In this document: one piece after another, positions 1 through 9,377 of the stretch
Layout of the letters: every line of letters starts with the position of its first letter
Numbering within the stretch: position 1 is the first letter of the stretch
NCBI GenBank assembly: GCA_028718605.1
Contig: JAQULM010000002.1
Location: 321,776-385,775 of the forward strand
DNA: 64,000 bases
Direction of reading: 5' to 3'
Origin: Patescibacteria group bacterium
GTDB taxonomy: Bacteria > Patescibacteriota > Patescibacteriia > UBA10025 > JAHIVO01
The notes under the pieces: model-generated
Databases searched by the model: none
Seen by the model: the letters and a program-made list of their open reading frames with translations, nothing else
Told to the model about the DNA's origin: nothing
Program-made: the position numbers and the translations under genes

Positions 1-2474
1 TCACGGACGCGAATGGCAATTTTTCACTCTCGGTTCCTGAAGGCACCTACTTTATCTCAGCATCTTTGCCGCCGTCAGAGGGATACATCAATCCGAAAGC
101 ACAACAGGTATCCGTATCACCAGATTCCCCTGCCGACACCACGCTGGAGTTCCGCATCGCTGACGGGACAATAACCGGTACGGTCACGCTCGACGGCGAG
201 CCAAATACTGCGTATGTATGGGGCTGGTCAGAAGAAGGCGGCGTATCGGAAGATTTAACAGGTGATGGAGATTACTCGCTGAATGTCACCAAAGATGAAA
301 CGTGGCACCTCGGGGCAATCTACGAAACGACAACGACCTTTTATCGCAGCGATGAAAATATCATTGATGTGCCGGCAAGCGGCGAAGCGGAACAAGATCT
401 CATGCTCTTAGAAACCGACATCGCAATCCCTTCTGCCGAAACCGCGACATTTGATGCAACCATCGCAAAAGTCATCAAATTGACCGACGGCACGGAGCTT
501 TCGATTCCTGCGTACAGCATCGCATCCGAAGGCAATGTGACGGTGACGGCAACGCCGAAAGCGCAGGTTGCTTCAACGGCGACGGCAAAACCGATCGCTC
601 TCGCCTACGATTTCACTGCAAAAGATGAGCAGAACCAGACCATCACGGCATTCAACAGCAATGTGACGATTAAGCTCCCCTATACTGACGCCCAGCTTGA
701 AGCGCTCGGAATCACCGAAGATGACATCATGCCAATGTACTATGATGATGCATCGGGAACATGGAAGTCGGTCGATAATGTGGTAATCGATACCGAAAAC
801 AACACGATTTCATTCACAGCCAACCACTTCACGAATTTCGGCATTGTAACTGGCAGGGTCACCATGCAGGCAGATGACGGCGAAGACCACCTCTCGGTCA
901 CCATTACAAAACCCCCAACTGACATGACGGTATATGCGCCCTCAGTAGCAGTCGAGGGCACTGTGTCAGATGCCAGCGCCTCCCTCACCATAAGCGTCAA
1001 TGAAGGAACGGCGGATGGCGTCCCCGTTGGTGCCGATGGCTCATTCACGAGCACGATACAGCTCCAGCCTGGCGTAAACACTGTTGCGCTGGAAGCAACG
1101 AGCGGAGGAGGGGCGGCAAGTGCGTCGCTCATCATCACGTACCAGACAAGCATTGATCCGAATGCCGATCCTTCGACGATTGCAACTGGCACAGAACGTA
1201 TGATCGTTACCATGCCCGATTTCGGCGCACCACAGGTTCGCATTTTCAATTCCGACGGTGCCGTCGTTGCGTCATTCTTCGCATACAGCGAATCCCTCCG
1301 TGGCGAATTCGGAATCACGACCGCTGATATTAATGGTGATGGCGAATGGGAAATCATTACGTACCCGAAGTCCGGGTTCCCTTCGCATATCCGCGTCTTT
1401 GACCACGAAGGCACGCTCATCGATGACTTCTTCGCCTACCAGGAAACGTACCGAGGCGGCGCAGCGGTAACTGCCGCTGATGTTGATGGCGATGCCAATG
1501 CTGACCTTGTCGTAACGCCAGCGACAGGATCGAATATTCGCGTTTACACGTTCGATAGTGATACGAATTCATTTACACTCCTGGATTGGGAAATGGCATA
1601 CGGGGATACGTTCCGCGGCCACATGAATGTCGCGGTAAGCGATATCGACTGGGATGGACAAGCTGAAATCGCAGCAGTCCCAGCGTCTGGCGGCGGGCCA
1701 AACGTGCGCGTTTATAAGTACGACAGCACGGGCGATACATTAAAACTTATCGACTGGTTCATGGCGTACGATGAGGAATTCCGGGGTGGAGTCAATATCG
1801 CCCTCGCAAACGTCTCGGGGGACGCGAATAAAGAGCTCGTTGTATCGCCTGCCTCCCTTGGCGGACCAAACGTGCGGGTGTACGAATATGACAGCGGCAC
1901 AAGCACGTTCATGCTTGAAGGTTGGTTCATGGCATACCAGGACACGTACCGAGGCGGCGTGAATCTGAAATTCGCAGACGTGAACGCTGATGGCGTATCA
2001 GAAATCATCACAACGCCGACGAATGGATCGACAAACATCCGGATTTTCGAAGACGACGCTGCCGGAAGCTTCTCGGTACTCGACTGGTTCATGGCGTACG
2101 GCGATGAATTCCGGGGTGGGGTTACAACGGCGATAACGAACCTGGATGGGGACGAATACCCGGAAATCGTCACGATGCCGGCCTCTCTCGGCGGACCAAA
2201 CGTGCGGGTATACGAATATGACAGCGTCGCGGATACAGTAGAGCTTATCGATTGGGATATGGCGTACGCCGACACGTTCCGTGGTGCCCTCGGTGCTACG
2301 GTGGCGGATCTCGACGGTGATGGCTCGTCCGAGCTGCTCATCGCCCCGACAACAGCTGGCGGCCCGAATGTGCGGGTGTACGGAATGGGCGACAGCACGC
2401 TCGCCGTTGATACATGGTTTATGGCGTACACTGAAGCCTTCCGCGGCGGAGTCACCACGGCCACAACCTTATAG
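1..2474 (+). CDS. Large secreted/surface protein, 5'-partial because the reading frame is open to the window edge. N-terminal beta-sandwich (Big-like) region, then at least 8 FG-GAP / integrin-alpha-type beta-propeller repeats (FMAYxDxFRGG ... DxDGDxxxEIVxxPA ... GGPNVRVY).
   Basis: The frame has no stop from nt 3 to 2474. Repeated approx 55-aa units carry a Ca-binding-like DxDGD loop and a conserved FRGG motif. An intrinsic terminator follows. Confidence 0.6.
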   Translation, partial: TDANGNFSLSVPEGTYFISASLPPSEGYINPKAQQVSVSPDSPADTTLEFRIADGTITGTVTLDGEPNTAYVWGWSEEGGVSEDLTGDGDYSLNVTKDETWHLGAIYETTTTFYRSDENIIDVPASGEAEQDLMLLETDIAIPSAETATFDATIAKVIKLTDGTELSIPAYSIASEGNVTVTATPKAQVASTATAKPIALAYDFTAKDEQNQTITAFNSNVTIKLPYTDAQLEALGITEDDIMPMYYDDASGTWKSVDNVVIDTENNTISFTANHFTNFGIVTGRVTMQADDGEDHLSVTITKPPTDMTVYAPSVAVEGTVSDASASLTISVNEGTADGVPVGADGSFTSTIQLQPGVNTVALEATSGGGAASASLIITYQTSIDPNADPSTIATGTERMIVTMPDFGAPQVRIFNSDGAVVASFFAYSESLRGEFGITTADINGDGEWEIITYPKSGFPSHIRVFDHEGTLIDDFFAYQETYRGGAAVTAADVDGDANADLVVTPATGSNIRVYTFDSDTNSFTLLDWEMAYGDTFRGHMNVAVSDIDWDGQAEIAAVPASGGGPNVRVYKYDSTGDTLKLIDWFMAYDEEFRGGVNIALANVSGDANKELVVSPASLGGPNVRVYEYDSGTSTFMLEGWFMAYQDTYRGGVNLKFADVNADGVSEIITTPTNGSTNIRIFEDDAAGSFSVLDWFMAYGDEFRGGVTTAITNLDGDEYPEIVTMPASLGGPNVRVYEYDSVADTVELIDWDMAYADTFRGALGATVADLDGDGSSELLIAPTTAGGPNVRVYGMGDSTLAVDTWFMAYTEAFRGGVTTATTL
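1380..2460 (+). repeat. Intragenic tandem repeat array encoding the FG-GAP blades. The period is about 165-170 bp, and copies 330 bp apart are near-identical. For example, gactggttcatggcgtacg occurs at 1751 and 2081, and ggcggaccaaacgtgcgggt(g/a)tacgaatatgacagcg at 1861 and 2191.
   Basis: Direct reading of recurring 19-40 nt identical stretches at a fixed 330-bp spacing. Confidence 0.6.
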
Positions 2475-2495
2475 ACTACGGCAGACACACGCATT

Positions 2496-2535
2496 CCCCC
2501 GCTGTTGCAGAAAGCTCCAGCGGGGGTTTTTGTAT
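2496..2535 (+). terminator. Rho-independent terminator. Stem cccccgctg / cagcggggg, followed by a TTTTTG tract.
   Basis: Perfect 9-bp inverted repeat plus a T-run immediately 3' of the surface-protein stop. Confidence 0.6.
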
Positions 2536-2648
2536 CGGAACACGGGAGAGTGGTATACTAAACAAATGCAGAAAAACTATAGACACCCGGCGATGAACAT
2601 CGTATACTTTATTCAGCGCTAACTCACTAACTTTTTCAAAAAAACAGG

Positions 2649-3941
2649 ATGGAAAAGAAAAAATTTCTCTTCGTGTCCCAGGACGCGCTCATCTCGGATA
2701 TTACCTGGCAGGTTACCAAGGAGGGGCATGACGTCAAATACTTCATTGGCGACAAGATTGAGGCCGATATCGCCGATGGATTCGTCAAGAAAAGCGACGA
2801 CTGGAAAAAGGACGCGGAGTGGGCAGATGTCATCATATTTGATGACGTGCTCGGCTGGGGTGCAAAGGCCCAGAAACTGCGGCAGCAGGGCAAAAAAGTA
2901 ATTGGAGGCACTCCCTATACGGACCGACTCGAGGACGACAGGTCCTTTGGTCAGGAAGAGCTCAAGAAAAACGGTGTTTCCATCCTGTCATACCAGACTT
3001 TCAACGATTTTGACGCTGCGATCGAATTCGTGAAGAAAAATCCGTGCGAATATGTCATTAAACCGTCGGGTGAGGCCCAGAACAACAAAGGGCTCCTGTT
3101 TGTCGGCATGGAAAAAGATGGCGCGGACGTCATCCGAATACTGGAAGCATACCGGCGGGTATGGGGCAAAAAAATAAAAGAATTCCAGCTCCAGCGGAAA
3201 GTAAACGGTGTTGAAGTGGCAGTCGGTGCATTCCACAATGGCAAGCGGTTTATCTACCCAATCAATATAAATTTCGAGCACAAGAAGCTTTTTCCCGGTG
3301 ATCTCGGCCCCGCGACCGGTGAAATGGGCACCAGCATGTTCTGGAGCGGCCCCAATCGGTTTTTCAATTCAACGTTGAAAAAGCTCGAAGGCGTCCTCGC
3401 CCAAGAGGGGTACGTTGGCTATATCGATCTGAACTGCATCGTGAATGGCAATGGCATTTACCCCCTGGAATTCACGTCCCGGTTCGGCTATCCGACAATC
3501 AGCATCCAGCAGGAAGGAATGATCACGCCGATCGGCGAATTTCTGTATCTGCTCGCAGATGGCGAGGATCCGCAACTGAAAACAAAACGCGGCTTCCAGA
3601 TTGGCGTCCGGGTCGTCGTGCCGCCATTCCCCTACAGCGACAAACAGACGTTCGATGTGTATTCCAAAGACGCCGCTGCCGTCTTCAAGGGAAAGAATCT
3701 CGATGGCGTTCACATCGAGGACGTGAAACTCGTGAATGGTGAATGGACGCTCACCGGCTCAACCGGTGTGGCGCTTATTATCTGCGGCACCGGCCTTACC
3801 ATGAAGCAAGCGCAGGAACAAGCGTACAACAGAATCAGAAACATTCTGATCCCGAATATGCTGTACCGTACCGACATTGGCGATCGCTGGTTTGAGGACG
3901 GCGATAAGCTGCACAGCTGGGGATACCTCCGAGAAAACTAA
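2649..3941 (+). CDS. ATP-grasp enzyme of the phosphoribosylamine-glycine ligase (PurD/GARS) family. It is divergent, and the N-terminal glycine-rich GGREHA motif is not conserved.
   Basis: Colinear similarity to PurD across the A/B/C domains: VIKPSGEAQNNKGLLFV (ATP-grasp), GDLGPATGEMG vs GDKDTGPNTGGMG, EFTSRFGYP vs EFNCRFGDP, and the C-terminal RTDIGDRWFE vs RKDIGWRAIE. Confidence 0.5.
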   Translation: MEKKKFLFVSQDALISDITWQVTKEGHDVKYFIGDKIEADIADGFVKKSDDWKKDAEWADVIIFDDVLGWGAKAQKLRQQGKKVIGGTPYTDRLEDDRSFGQEELKKNGVSILSYQTFNDFDAAIEFVKKNPCEYVIKPSGEAQNNKGLLFVGMEKDGADVIRILEAYRRVWGKKIKEFQLQRKVNGVEVAVGAFHNGKRFIYPININFEHKKLFPGDLGPATGEMGTSMFWSGPNRFFNSTLKKLEGVLAQEGYVGYIDLNCIVNGNGIYPLEFTSRFGYPTISIQQEGMITPIGEFLYLLADGEDPQLKTKRGFQIGVRVVVPPFPYSDKQTFDVYSKDAAAVFKGKNLDGVHIEDVKLVNGEWTLTGSTGVALIICGTGLTMKQAQEQAYNRIRNILIPNMLYRTDIGDRWFEDGDKLHSWGYLREN

Positions 3942-3998
3942 TGGCTGCTGCGACTTCCATCGCAGTATGGGAAAAGGTCTGATAATGGAACAACTGAT

Positions 3999-4979
3999 AT
4001 GATTAAACTGCCGCAGCAAGACTACCAGCCGGATATGCATGCGCCGGACACCTCGGAGCACGATGAGCCAAAACACGTTGAACAAAAAAAGGCTGCCAAG
4101 CAGCCTGCCCCCCTTGAGCATCGGGAACGGCAGCGGCAAGCGAAATCGGTGCAGCAACCGGAGGTCCGTCCCTTGCCGCCGAAACCAGGAAAATCGGAAC
4201 GGCCGTTACCCCCTGGCCCTCCACCATCTGTTAACCACCACGGTGGCCTGCATCCTACTGATGTGTCAAAAAAATTCGGCGGTGGCCTTGGCGACCGCGA
4301 ACATACGCACGGGTTCCGCAACCTTGTGCTAACGCTTATTGTACTCGCGGCGCTCGTTGCAACAGGGCTTGCGGCAACGGGGCTCTATGATATTCCGTTT
4401 CTCTCCGAAAAATTCGGTACCAATAAACCGCAGGATCTCGAAGTCGCAACAAGCGATGAAGCGCTCGCAAGCCTCGGGCAAAAAATTCCCATGACAATTT
4501 CCGGTCCTCAGTTCGATTATGCCTACGTGAGCCCGAAAAAAATATACACCGGTACCGTCGCCGTTGATGCTGAAACAACGTCAGCAGAAATCTCCTCCTG
4601 GCTGCAGCGGTTCCAGGGTGAAAATCCGCCGGTAACAAAAATGCAGGTGAAAATGATCGAGGGCGGGCTGGAAATCTCCGGCATCGTCGATCGGTACGTC
4701 AAAGCTCCCGGCTATATCAAGGTCCTCGTTGCGCAAAAATCTCCAAAGAGCATCGACCTCACCATTACGGATGCGCGGCTCGGCAGAATCCCACTCCCGG
4801 CATGGATACAACGGAAAATCGAAAATTCATTCGAGGAAAAAATCAACGGCCGCTTGGGCGAAATTCCAAATTTTTCGATCGAAACGCTCGAATACCACGA
4901 CGGATTCTCCAAATTCAAAGGCACCCTGCCGGCGAATGTGTCGCCTTCAGATAATGGCTGGTGGGTGCTGCTTCAATAA
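3999..4979 (+). CDS. Hypothetical membrane-anchored protein with a basic/proline-rich N-terminus (PLPPKPGKSERPLPPGPPP), one TM helix and an approx 200-aa extracytoplasmic domain.
   Basis: ORF with a hydrophobic segment LVLTLIVLAALVATGLAATGLY. I recognise no family. Confidence 0.4.
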   Translation: MIKLPQQDYQPDMHAPDTSEHDEPKHVEQKKAAKQPAPLEHRERQRQAKSVQQPEVRPLPPKPGKSERPLPPGPPPSVNHHGGLHPTDVSKKFGGGLGDREHTHGFRNLVLTLIVLAALVATGLAATGLYDIPFLSEKFGTNKPQDLEVATSDEALASLGQKIPMTISGPQFDYAYVSPKKIYTGTVAVDAETTSAEISSWLQRFQGENPPVTKMQVKMIEGGLEISGIVDRYVKAPGYIKVLVAQKSPKSIDLTITDARLGRIPLPAWIQRKIENSFEEKINGRLGEIPNFSIETLEYHDGFSKFKGTLPANVSPSDNGWWVLLQ

Positions 4980-5006
4980 CTTTTTCTCATCTGTACACGC
5001 GGCAAG

Positions 5007-5876
5007 CTACCCCTGCTGATTCGGCGGTGGTTGCTGCTTTGTGCGGTTGAACTCGTCCGCGATGTTATTATACAGCTGGACAATCAGGTTCTCTTCCGGA
5101 TTCCTGGACGGTTTGAGGCGGTGCTCGTGGTCACCATGTGAATAACGCTGGGCTGCGTGAACGAATACTCGATACGGTTTCACAACACGCCGAGTAAACA
5201 AATACGCAAGCACACCAAATATCGGTACGAATGCAAGATTGATAATCCACAGTATTTTCAAAAACTGTTGCCGCTCGGCTGAAAGCGTTTTGGCGGCGTA
5301 ATCAACGCCGACAACTGCGACCGTCTTTCCGCGGGCATCCTCAAGCGGCGCGTATCCGGAAATCCATGCGCCCCATTTGTCGTACGTCACCTCAGCATCG
5401 TATGACGGTTTCGTCAGCGCTTCTTCAAGCGCAGGATACTCTTCGGTCTCGTATAATTCTCCGAGGTCTGCTTTCATTTCTTCCGGATCAATAACACCGT
5501 TCTTATCGGCATCAATGTCAGGTTTACCGCTCACGACAAACATCATTGTATGCGGCTTGTTAGTAGGCCGGAGCGTATAGATATCATCGATTTTCGGATT
5601 ACCAGCCATGACCGATTGTAAATACAGTTCGATAATTGCGTACCGCTCGGTGTTTTGGTCTTCGGGCGATTGCAGCAGTTCATGCGTCTCCGCCGGAATC
5701 ATGTTCGCGGTCTTGACGGCGATGTCACGAAGTTCGCGTTGCGTATCGCCTAAAATTTGCGTTGAATGAACCCAATACAGCATACTTGAAATGGCAACTG
5801 TAATAACGATGCTAATAAGCCACAGCGGCCAAAAAATATGGCGCTGATATGGATTGAATTGTACCAATTCCGGCAT
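5007..5876 (-). CDS. Two-TM membrane protein with a large extracytoplasmic domain carrying a canonical EF-hand Ca-binding loop (DADKNGVIDPEE). It looks like a sensor, but there is no output domain.
   Basis: TM helices at the N-terminus (WPLWLISIVITVAISSMLYW) and near the C-terminus (ILWIINLAFVPIFGVLAYLF). The EF-hand loop positions 1, 3, 5, 6, 8, 9 and 12 are all canonical. Confidence 0.45.
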   Translation of the reverse strand: MPELVQFNPYQRHIFWPLWLISIVITVAISSMLYWVHSTQILGDTQRELRDIAVKTANMIPAETHELLQSPEDQNTERYAIIELYLQSVMAGNPKIDDIYTLRPTNKPHTMMFVVSGKPDIDADKNGVIDPEEMKADLGELYETEEYPALEEALTKPSYDAEVTYDKWGAWISGYAPLEDARGKTVAVVGVDYAAKTLSAERQQFLKILWIINLAFVPIFGVLAYLFTRRVVKPYRVFVHAAQRYSHGDHEHRLKPSRNPEENLIVQLYNNIADEFNRTKQQPPPNQQG

Positions 5877-5960
5877 AATGTAAAAAAATATTATTTCAAG
5901 AGCCGCATATCCCCGGCCAAATGCGGCGCTTCTTCAATTATACTAAAAACTTCGTAATAT

Positions 5961-5969
5961 TGCTATAAT
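5961..5969 (+). promoter_or_regulatory. Extended -10 element TGCTATAAT, about 80 nt upstream of the 6049 CDS.
   Basis: TGnTATAAT match in an AT-rich intergenic region. Confidence 0.3.
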
Positions 5970-6048
5970 ACATCAACATCAATACCCAATTCGAACAAAC
6001 GCAATGCTATGCCAATAACTCGTAAAAAACAATAGGCGCATTCTGTGT

Positions 6049-6762
6049 ATGATTCCCCAGTGCATATACGAAAATTATTATAAAATCACCCGGGATGCCT
6101 GCGAGCCGCATGTGTGCGCCACCCTTATCCAGCCGGGGAATACCTGGTCAAACCTCGGCTACATAGCTGTTGGGCTGATTATTTTCTTTGCCGGCTCATA
6201 CAGCAAGAGGTCTGTTCTCGCGCTCTTCCCATGGATTATCGTGTTGATTGGCGTTGGATCTTTTTTGAACCATGCGCTCCGCACAGACCTGGGGCAGATG
6301 ATGGACATCGGGAGCATGATGCTTCTCTCGTCATACTTGGTGCTGCTCAATATCAACCGGCTTCGGCCAATAAGCAACCGCACGTTGTACCAATTGTTTA
6401 TCCTGCTTGCCGGCGTGGGCGTGGGCACCATGTATGCCCTGTATGAAATTTGGGGCATCAATATCGGCATACTTTTCTTCGGAGCCGGGCTGAGTATTCT
6501 CCTGGGACTCGAGAGTGTCCTCTGGGCGCGCTCCAAACCGTACCAGCTGCACTTCCTCCTGTTCGGGCTCCTTCCTGCCGCCGCTGCGTGCTTTACCTGG
6601 ACACTCGACTACTTTCGCGTCTGGTGCCACATGCCGACGGTTCACGTTATCAACGGCCACGTGATGTGGCATCTCCTCACGGCTGTTTCATTTTTCTTCA
6701 TCTATAAATTCTACCGGCAATTTGATACGGTAACCATTGAGGGAAAGAAAAAGCAGCGCTAA
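6049..6762 (+). CDS. Alkaline ceramidase / CREST-family 7-TM membrane hydrolase-like protein.
   Basis: N-terminal motif CEPHV...QPGNTWSNLGY matches the ceramidase signature CEENY...EFWNTVSNL. There are multiple TM helices and conserved His residues (NHALRT, HMPTVH, HVMWH). Confidence 0.5.
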   Translation: MIPQCIYENYYKITRDACEPHVCATLIQPGNTWSNLGYIAVGLIIFFAGSYSKRSVLALFPWIIVLIGVGSFLNHALRTDLGQMMDIGSMMLLSSYLVLLNINRLRPISNRTLYQLFILLAGVGVGTMYALYEIWGINIGILFFGAGLSILLGLESVLWARSKPYQLHFLLFGLLPAAAACFTWTLDYFRVWCHMPTVHVINGHVMWHLLTAVSFFFIYKFYRQFDTVTIEGKKKQR

Positions 6763-6774
6763 CGTACTCTCCCT

Positions 6775-7116
6775 ATGCGCTGGGTATTGCGCTCAAAAAT
6801 ACACAAAGCGACGGTGACCGACGCTAACCTCAACTACGTCGGCAGCATTACGATTGACCATGACCTGATTGAACGCGCCGGCTTCTGGCCCGGGGAAAAA
6901 GTGCTTGTCGTGAGCAATACGACCGGCGCCCGGCTCGAAACGTACGTCATCAAGGGCGAACGCGGATCTGGCACTATCTGCATGAACGGCGCCTCCTCGC
7001 ACCTCATAAAAAAGGGCGAGAAAATTATTATTATGGGGTTTGAGCTCACCGACAAGCCGATCGAACCAAAAAACATACTCGTCGATCATAAGAATCGATT
7101 TCAACGTATACTATAA
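6775..7116 (+). CDS. panD: Aspartate 1-decarboxylase.
   Basis: [21 protein letters not shown] carries the Gly-Ser self-processing site. Length is 113 aa. Confidence 0.85.
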   Translation: MRWVLRSKIHKATVTDANLNYVGSITIDHDLIERAGFWPGEKVLVVSNTTGARLETYVIKGERGSGTICMNGASSHLIKKGEKIIIMGFELTDKPIEPKNILVDHKNRFQRIL

Positions 7117-7123
7117 AATCCGT

Positions 7124-8005
7124 ATGGCATCGAAAAACAATCGGGCCACAACATCCGACGTCAGCTATTATTATGACGTCATTACCAATTCCTACCGGTC
7201 ATTCTGGGGTGAATTCTTCCACCCAGCAATTTATGAAAATGAGCACGATGACCGCGTGACGGCGCTGCGAAAAACGCACAGCCGCTTCATCAAAGATGCC
7301 TGCCTCAATCCCGGCGATTCATTCATCGACCTCGGGTGCGGAATCGGCGGATTGACCTGCTATGTTGCACAAAAATGCCGATGCCGTGGGGTCGGAATCA
7401 CTATCTCAAAATATCAAATTGCACAGGCAAAAAAGCTCGCGCGTGTTTGGCAAGCAGGAAGCACCGAGTTCAGACTCCTCGACATTATTGCTGTTGAGCA
7501 GCTGGGGGAAAAATTTGACGCGGCGTTCCTCGTGGACGTCGGCTGCCACCTGCCGGATAAAGCGCTCGCGATGAAAAAAATCGCTGCTGTATTGAAACCC
7601 GGCGGCCGATTGGTGATTGCTGATTGGCTCCAGAAAGAACACCCGAACGCATTAGAACGCGAATTGCTCCTCGAGCCGTTCAACCGCTACTGGCATTTCC
7701 CCTCCATGGAATCCCTTGCTGGATATAAAAAAATAATCCGAAAGGCTGGAATGCGCGTTGTTCAAGCAGAAGATGTTAGTATAAAGACGAGGAAGAACTG
7801 GGAATTTTTCTACGACCTCGCTGTTCGCGAAGTTGGAAAAATGGACATCGAACAGGTGATCCGATATGTCGCAAATCCTGCGGTGCTCCGCAGCCCACGG
7901 CGGGCGCTCGCGACCGCAAAGAACCAGTTCTACGCAAATTCTTTCACCAAGCTTTGCTTTGATGCAGGCGTTTTCCGCTACGGATACATCGTGTGCGAAA
8001 AATAA
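7124..8005 (+). CDS. Class I SAM-dependent methyltransferase (CFA-synthase / sterol-MT-like). The start is moved to the first ATG after the panD stop.
   Basis: Motif I DLGCGIGG, a motif post I acidic residue, and VLKPGGRLVI. Confidence 0.7.
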   Translation: MASKNNRATTSDVSYYYDVITNSYRSFWGEFFHPAIYENEHDDRVTALRKTHSRFIKDACLNPGDSFIDLGCGIGGLTCYVAQKCRCRGVGITISKYQIAQAKKLARVWQAGSTEFRLLDIIAVEQLGEKFDAAFLVDVGCHLPDKALAMKKIAAVLKPGGRLVIADWLQKEHPNALERELLLEPFNRYWHFPSMESLAGYKKIIRKAGMRVVQAEDVSIKTRKNWEFFYDLAVREVGKMDIEQVIRYVANPAVLRSPRRALATAKNQFYANSFTKLCFDAGVFRYGYIVCEK

Positions 8006-8074
8006 TCCCGCTTGCTAGCTTCCGGATTATAAATTTGCTATACTAGTACTTCAAACCATTAACCTCCATCATCT

Positions 8075-9367
8075 ATGAAGGAAATATTTCGGAATATGTG
8101 GCGCCGCAAGATGCGGACAATTTTGACAGTTTTCGGCATCGCGATCGGCATTTTTGCGTTTACCGTTATGGGTTCCATGTCCCTCAAGATCAACAAGATG
8201 ATCAGCGGTGGCAAGCGGTATATCACCGGCCAGATAACCATTATGCCAAAAGGATCGTCCGCCGATACGTACGGGATGATGGGCGGAGCGTCATTCCTGG
8301 CGCTCGATACGCTGAACAAAATTGCTGAAGTGGACGGCGTGAAGGCAGTTACGGGCGGGGTATCCCTCGCGCTTAAGGAAGTGGACCTCAATGATCCTGA
8401 AAGCCAAAGCATGAGCTTCGGCATGCCCGCAACCATCGAAGGCATGGATCTGAATTCGGCATTTGAGAACCGCAACTGGAACACGATCGACATGAAAGAG
8501 GGGCACATGATAACTCAAGATGACCCGGACACTGCTATCACGATCGGCTATACGATCGCGGGAGACAATAACCTGAAAACCGGCGATACGTTTCAAATTC
8601 GCGGCACTGATTTCCAGGTTGTCGGGATCGCCGACCAGACACTCACCGGCCCGGACCAATACGTGTTCATGGGCATCACGAAGGCACGGGAGCTTCTTGT
8701 TGAAGCGACGCCATTCCTGAAGTCGCTCAAAGAACGCGCTGATGAAGCGGGAAGCCTTTCTGAGGCCGCGCTCGCCGCACTGCCGGAAGCGACCCGGAAG
8801 GAAATCACAGAAGCAAAAGCATTCAAAATGGAGGACGTAAACCAGATGGCGGCCGTTTCATGGGAAGACGGCCAGGATTCGGATGTTGTTGCCAACCGCA
8901 TCAAGGACCAATTCAAAGATGAGGCGGTCGTGCTGTCGCCGAAAATGCTCGGCGAACAGATCGACAAGGCATCAGCCATTTTTAATACCATGATACTCGG
9001 GAGCGCACTCATCGCCCTGATCGTCGGCGGCTTCTCCATCATCAATACCATGATCATGTCAATCTCCGAGCGGACCAAGGAGATCGGCATCAAGAAAGCG
9101 CTCGGCGCTTCCCGCAAGGCGATTGCCTACGAGTACACGCTCGAGGCGGGCGTTATCGGCCTGATCGGCGGCTGCATCGGTATGGGATTCGGCGTGCTCC
9201 TGGCGAGCATCCTGAACAGCAAAACGTCCGCCGAAATCTTCATGCTATCGCTAAATTTCCTTGGCGGAGTTGTCGCTTTTTCCTTCGTCCTCGGCATTAT
9301 CGCGGGTATCATACCGGCTATCAAGGCGTCGCGCATGAAAGCCGTTGACGCTATTCGCGAACTATAA
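8075..9367 (+). CDS. ABC transporter permease of the MacB/FtsX type.
   Basis: N-terminal TM helix, a large periplasmic domain and a C-terminal FtsX-like 3-TM bundle (GIKKALGASRKAI...). Confidence 0.75.
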   Translation: MKEIFRNMWRRKMRTILTVFGIAIGIFAFTVMGSMSLKINKMISGGKRYITGQITIMPKGSSADTYGMMGGASFLALDTLNKIAEVDGVKAVTGGVSLALKEVDLNDPESQSMSFGMPATIEGMDLNSAFENRNWNTIDMKEGHMITQDDPDTAITIGYTIAGDNNLKTGDTFQIRGTDFQVVGIADQTLTGPDQYVFMGITKARELLVEATPFLKSLKERADEAGSLSEAALAALPEATRKEITEAKAFKMEDVNQMAAVSWEDGQDSDVVANRIKDQFKDEAVVLSPKMLGEQIDKASAIFNTMILGSALIALIVGGFSIINTMIMSISERTKEIGIKKALGASRKAIAYEYTLEAGVIGLIGGCIGMGFGVLLASILNSKTSAEIFMLSLNFLGGVVAFSFVLGIIAGIIPAIKASRMKAVDAIREL

Positions 9368-9377
9368 CCATACGACT

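Noticed and set aside
740-2494. Minus-strand ORFs (226 aa, 260 aa) and small plus ORFs nested inside the FG-GAP surface-protein gene
   Set aside because: They are fully embedded antisense or out of frame to a long ORF with clear repeat-domain structure. Their low-complexity Ser/Pro/Thr-rich translations are typical of reverse-frame artefacts in repetitive GC-rich coding DNA.
4003-4811. Cluster of 70-132 aa ORFs on both strands overlapping the Pro-rich N-terminus of the 3999..4979 gene
   Set aside because: Arg/Pro/Gly-rich translations of the opposite or shifted frames of a GC-rich proline-rich coding segment. No start context or family resemblance.
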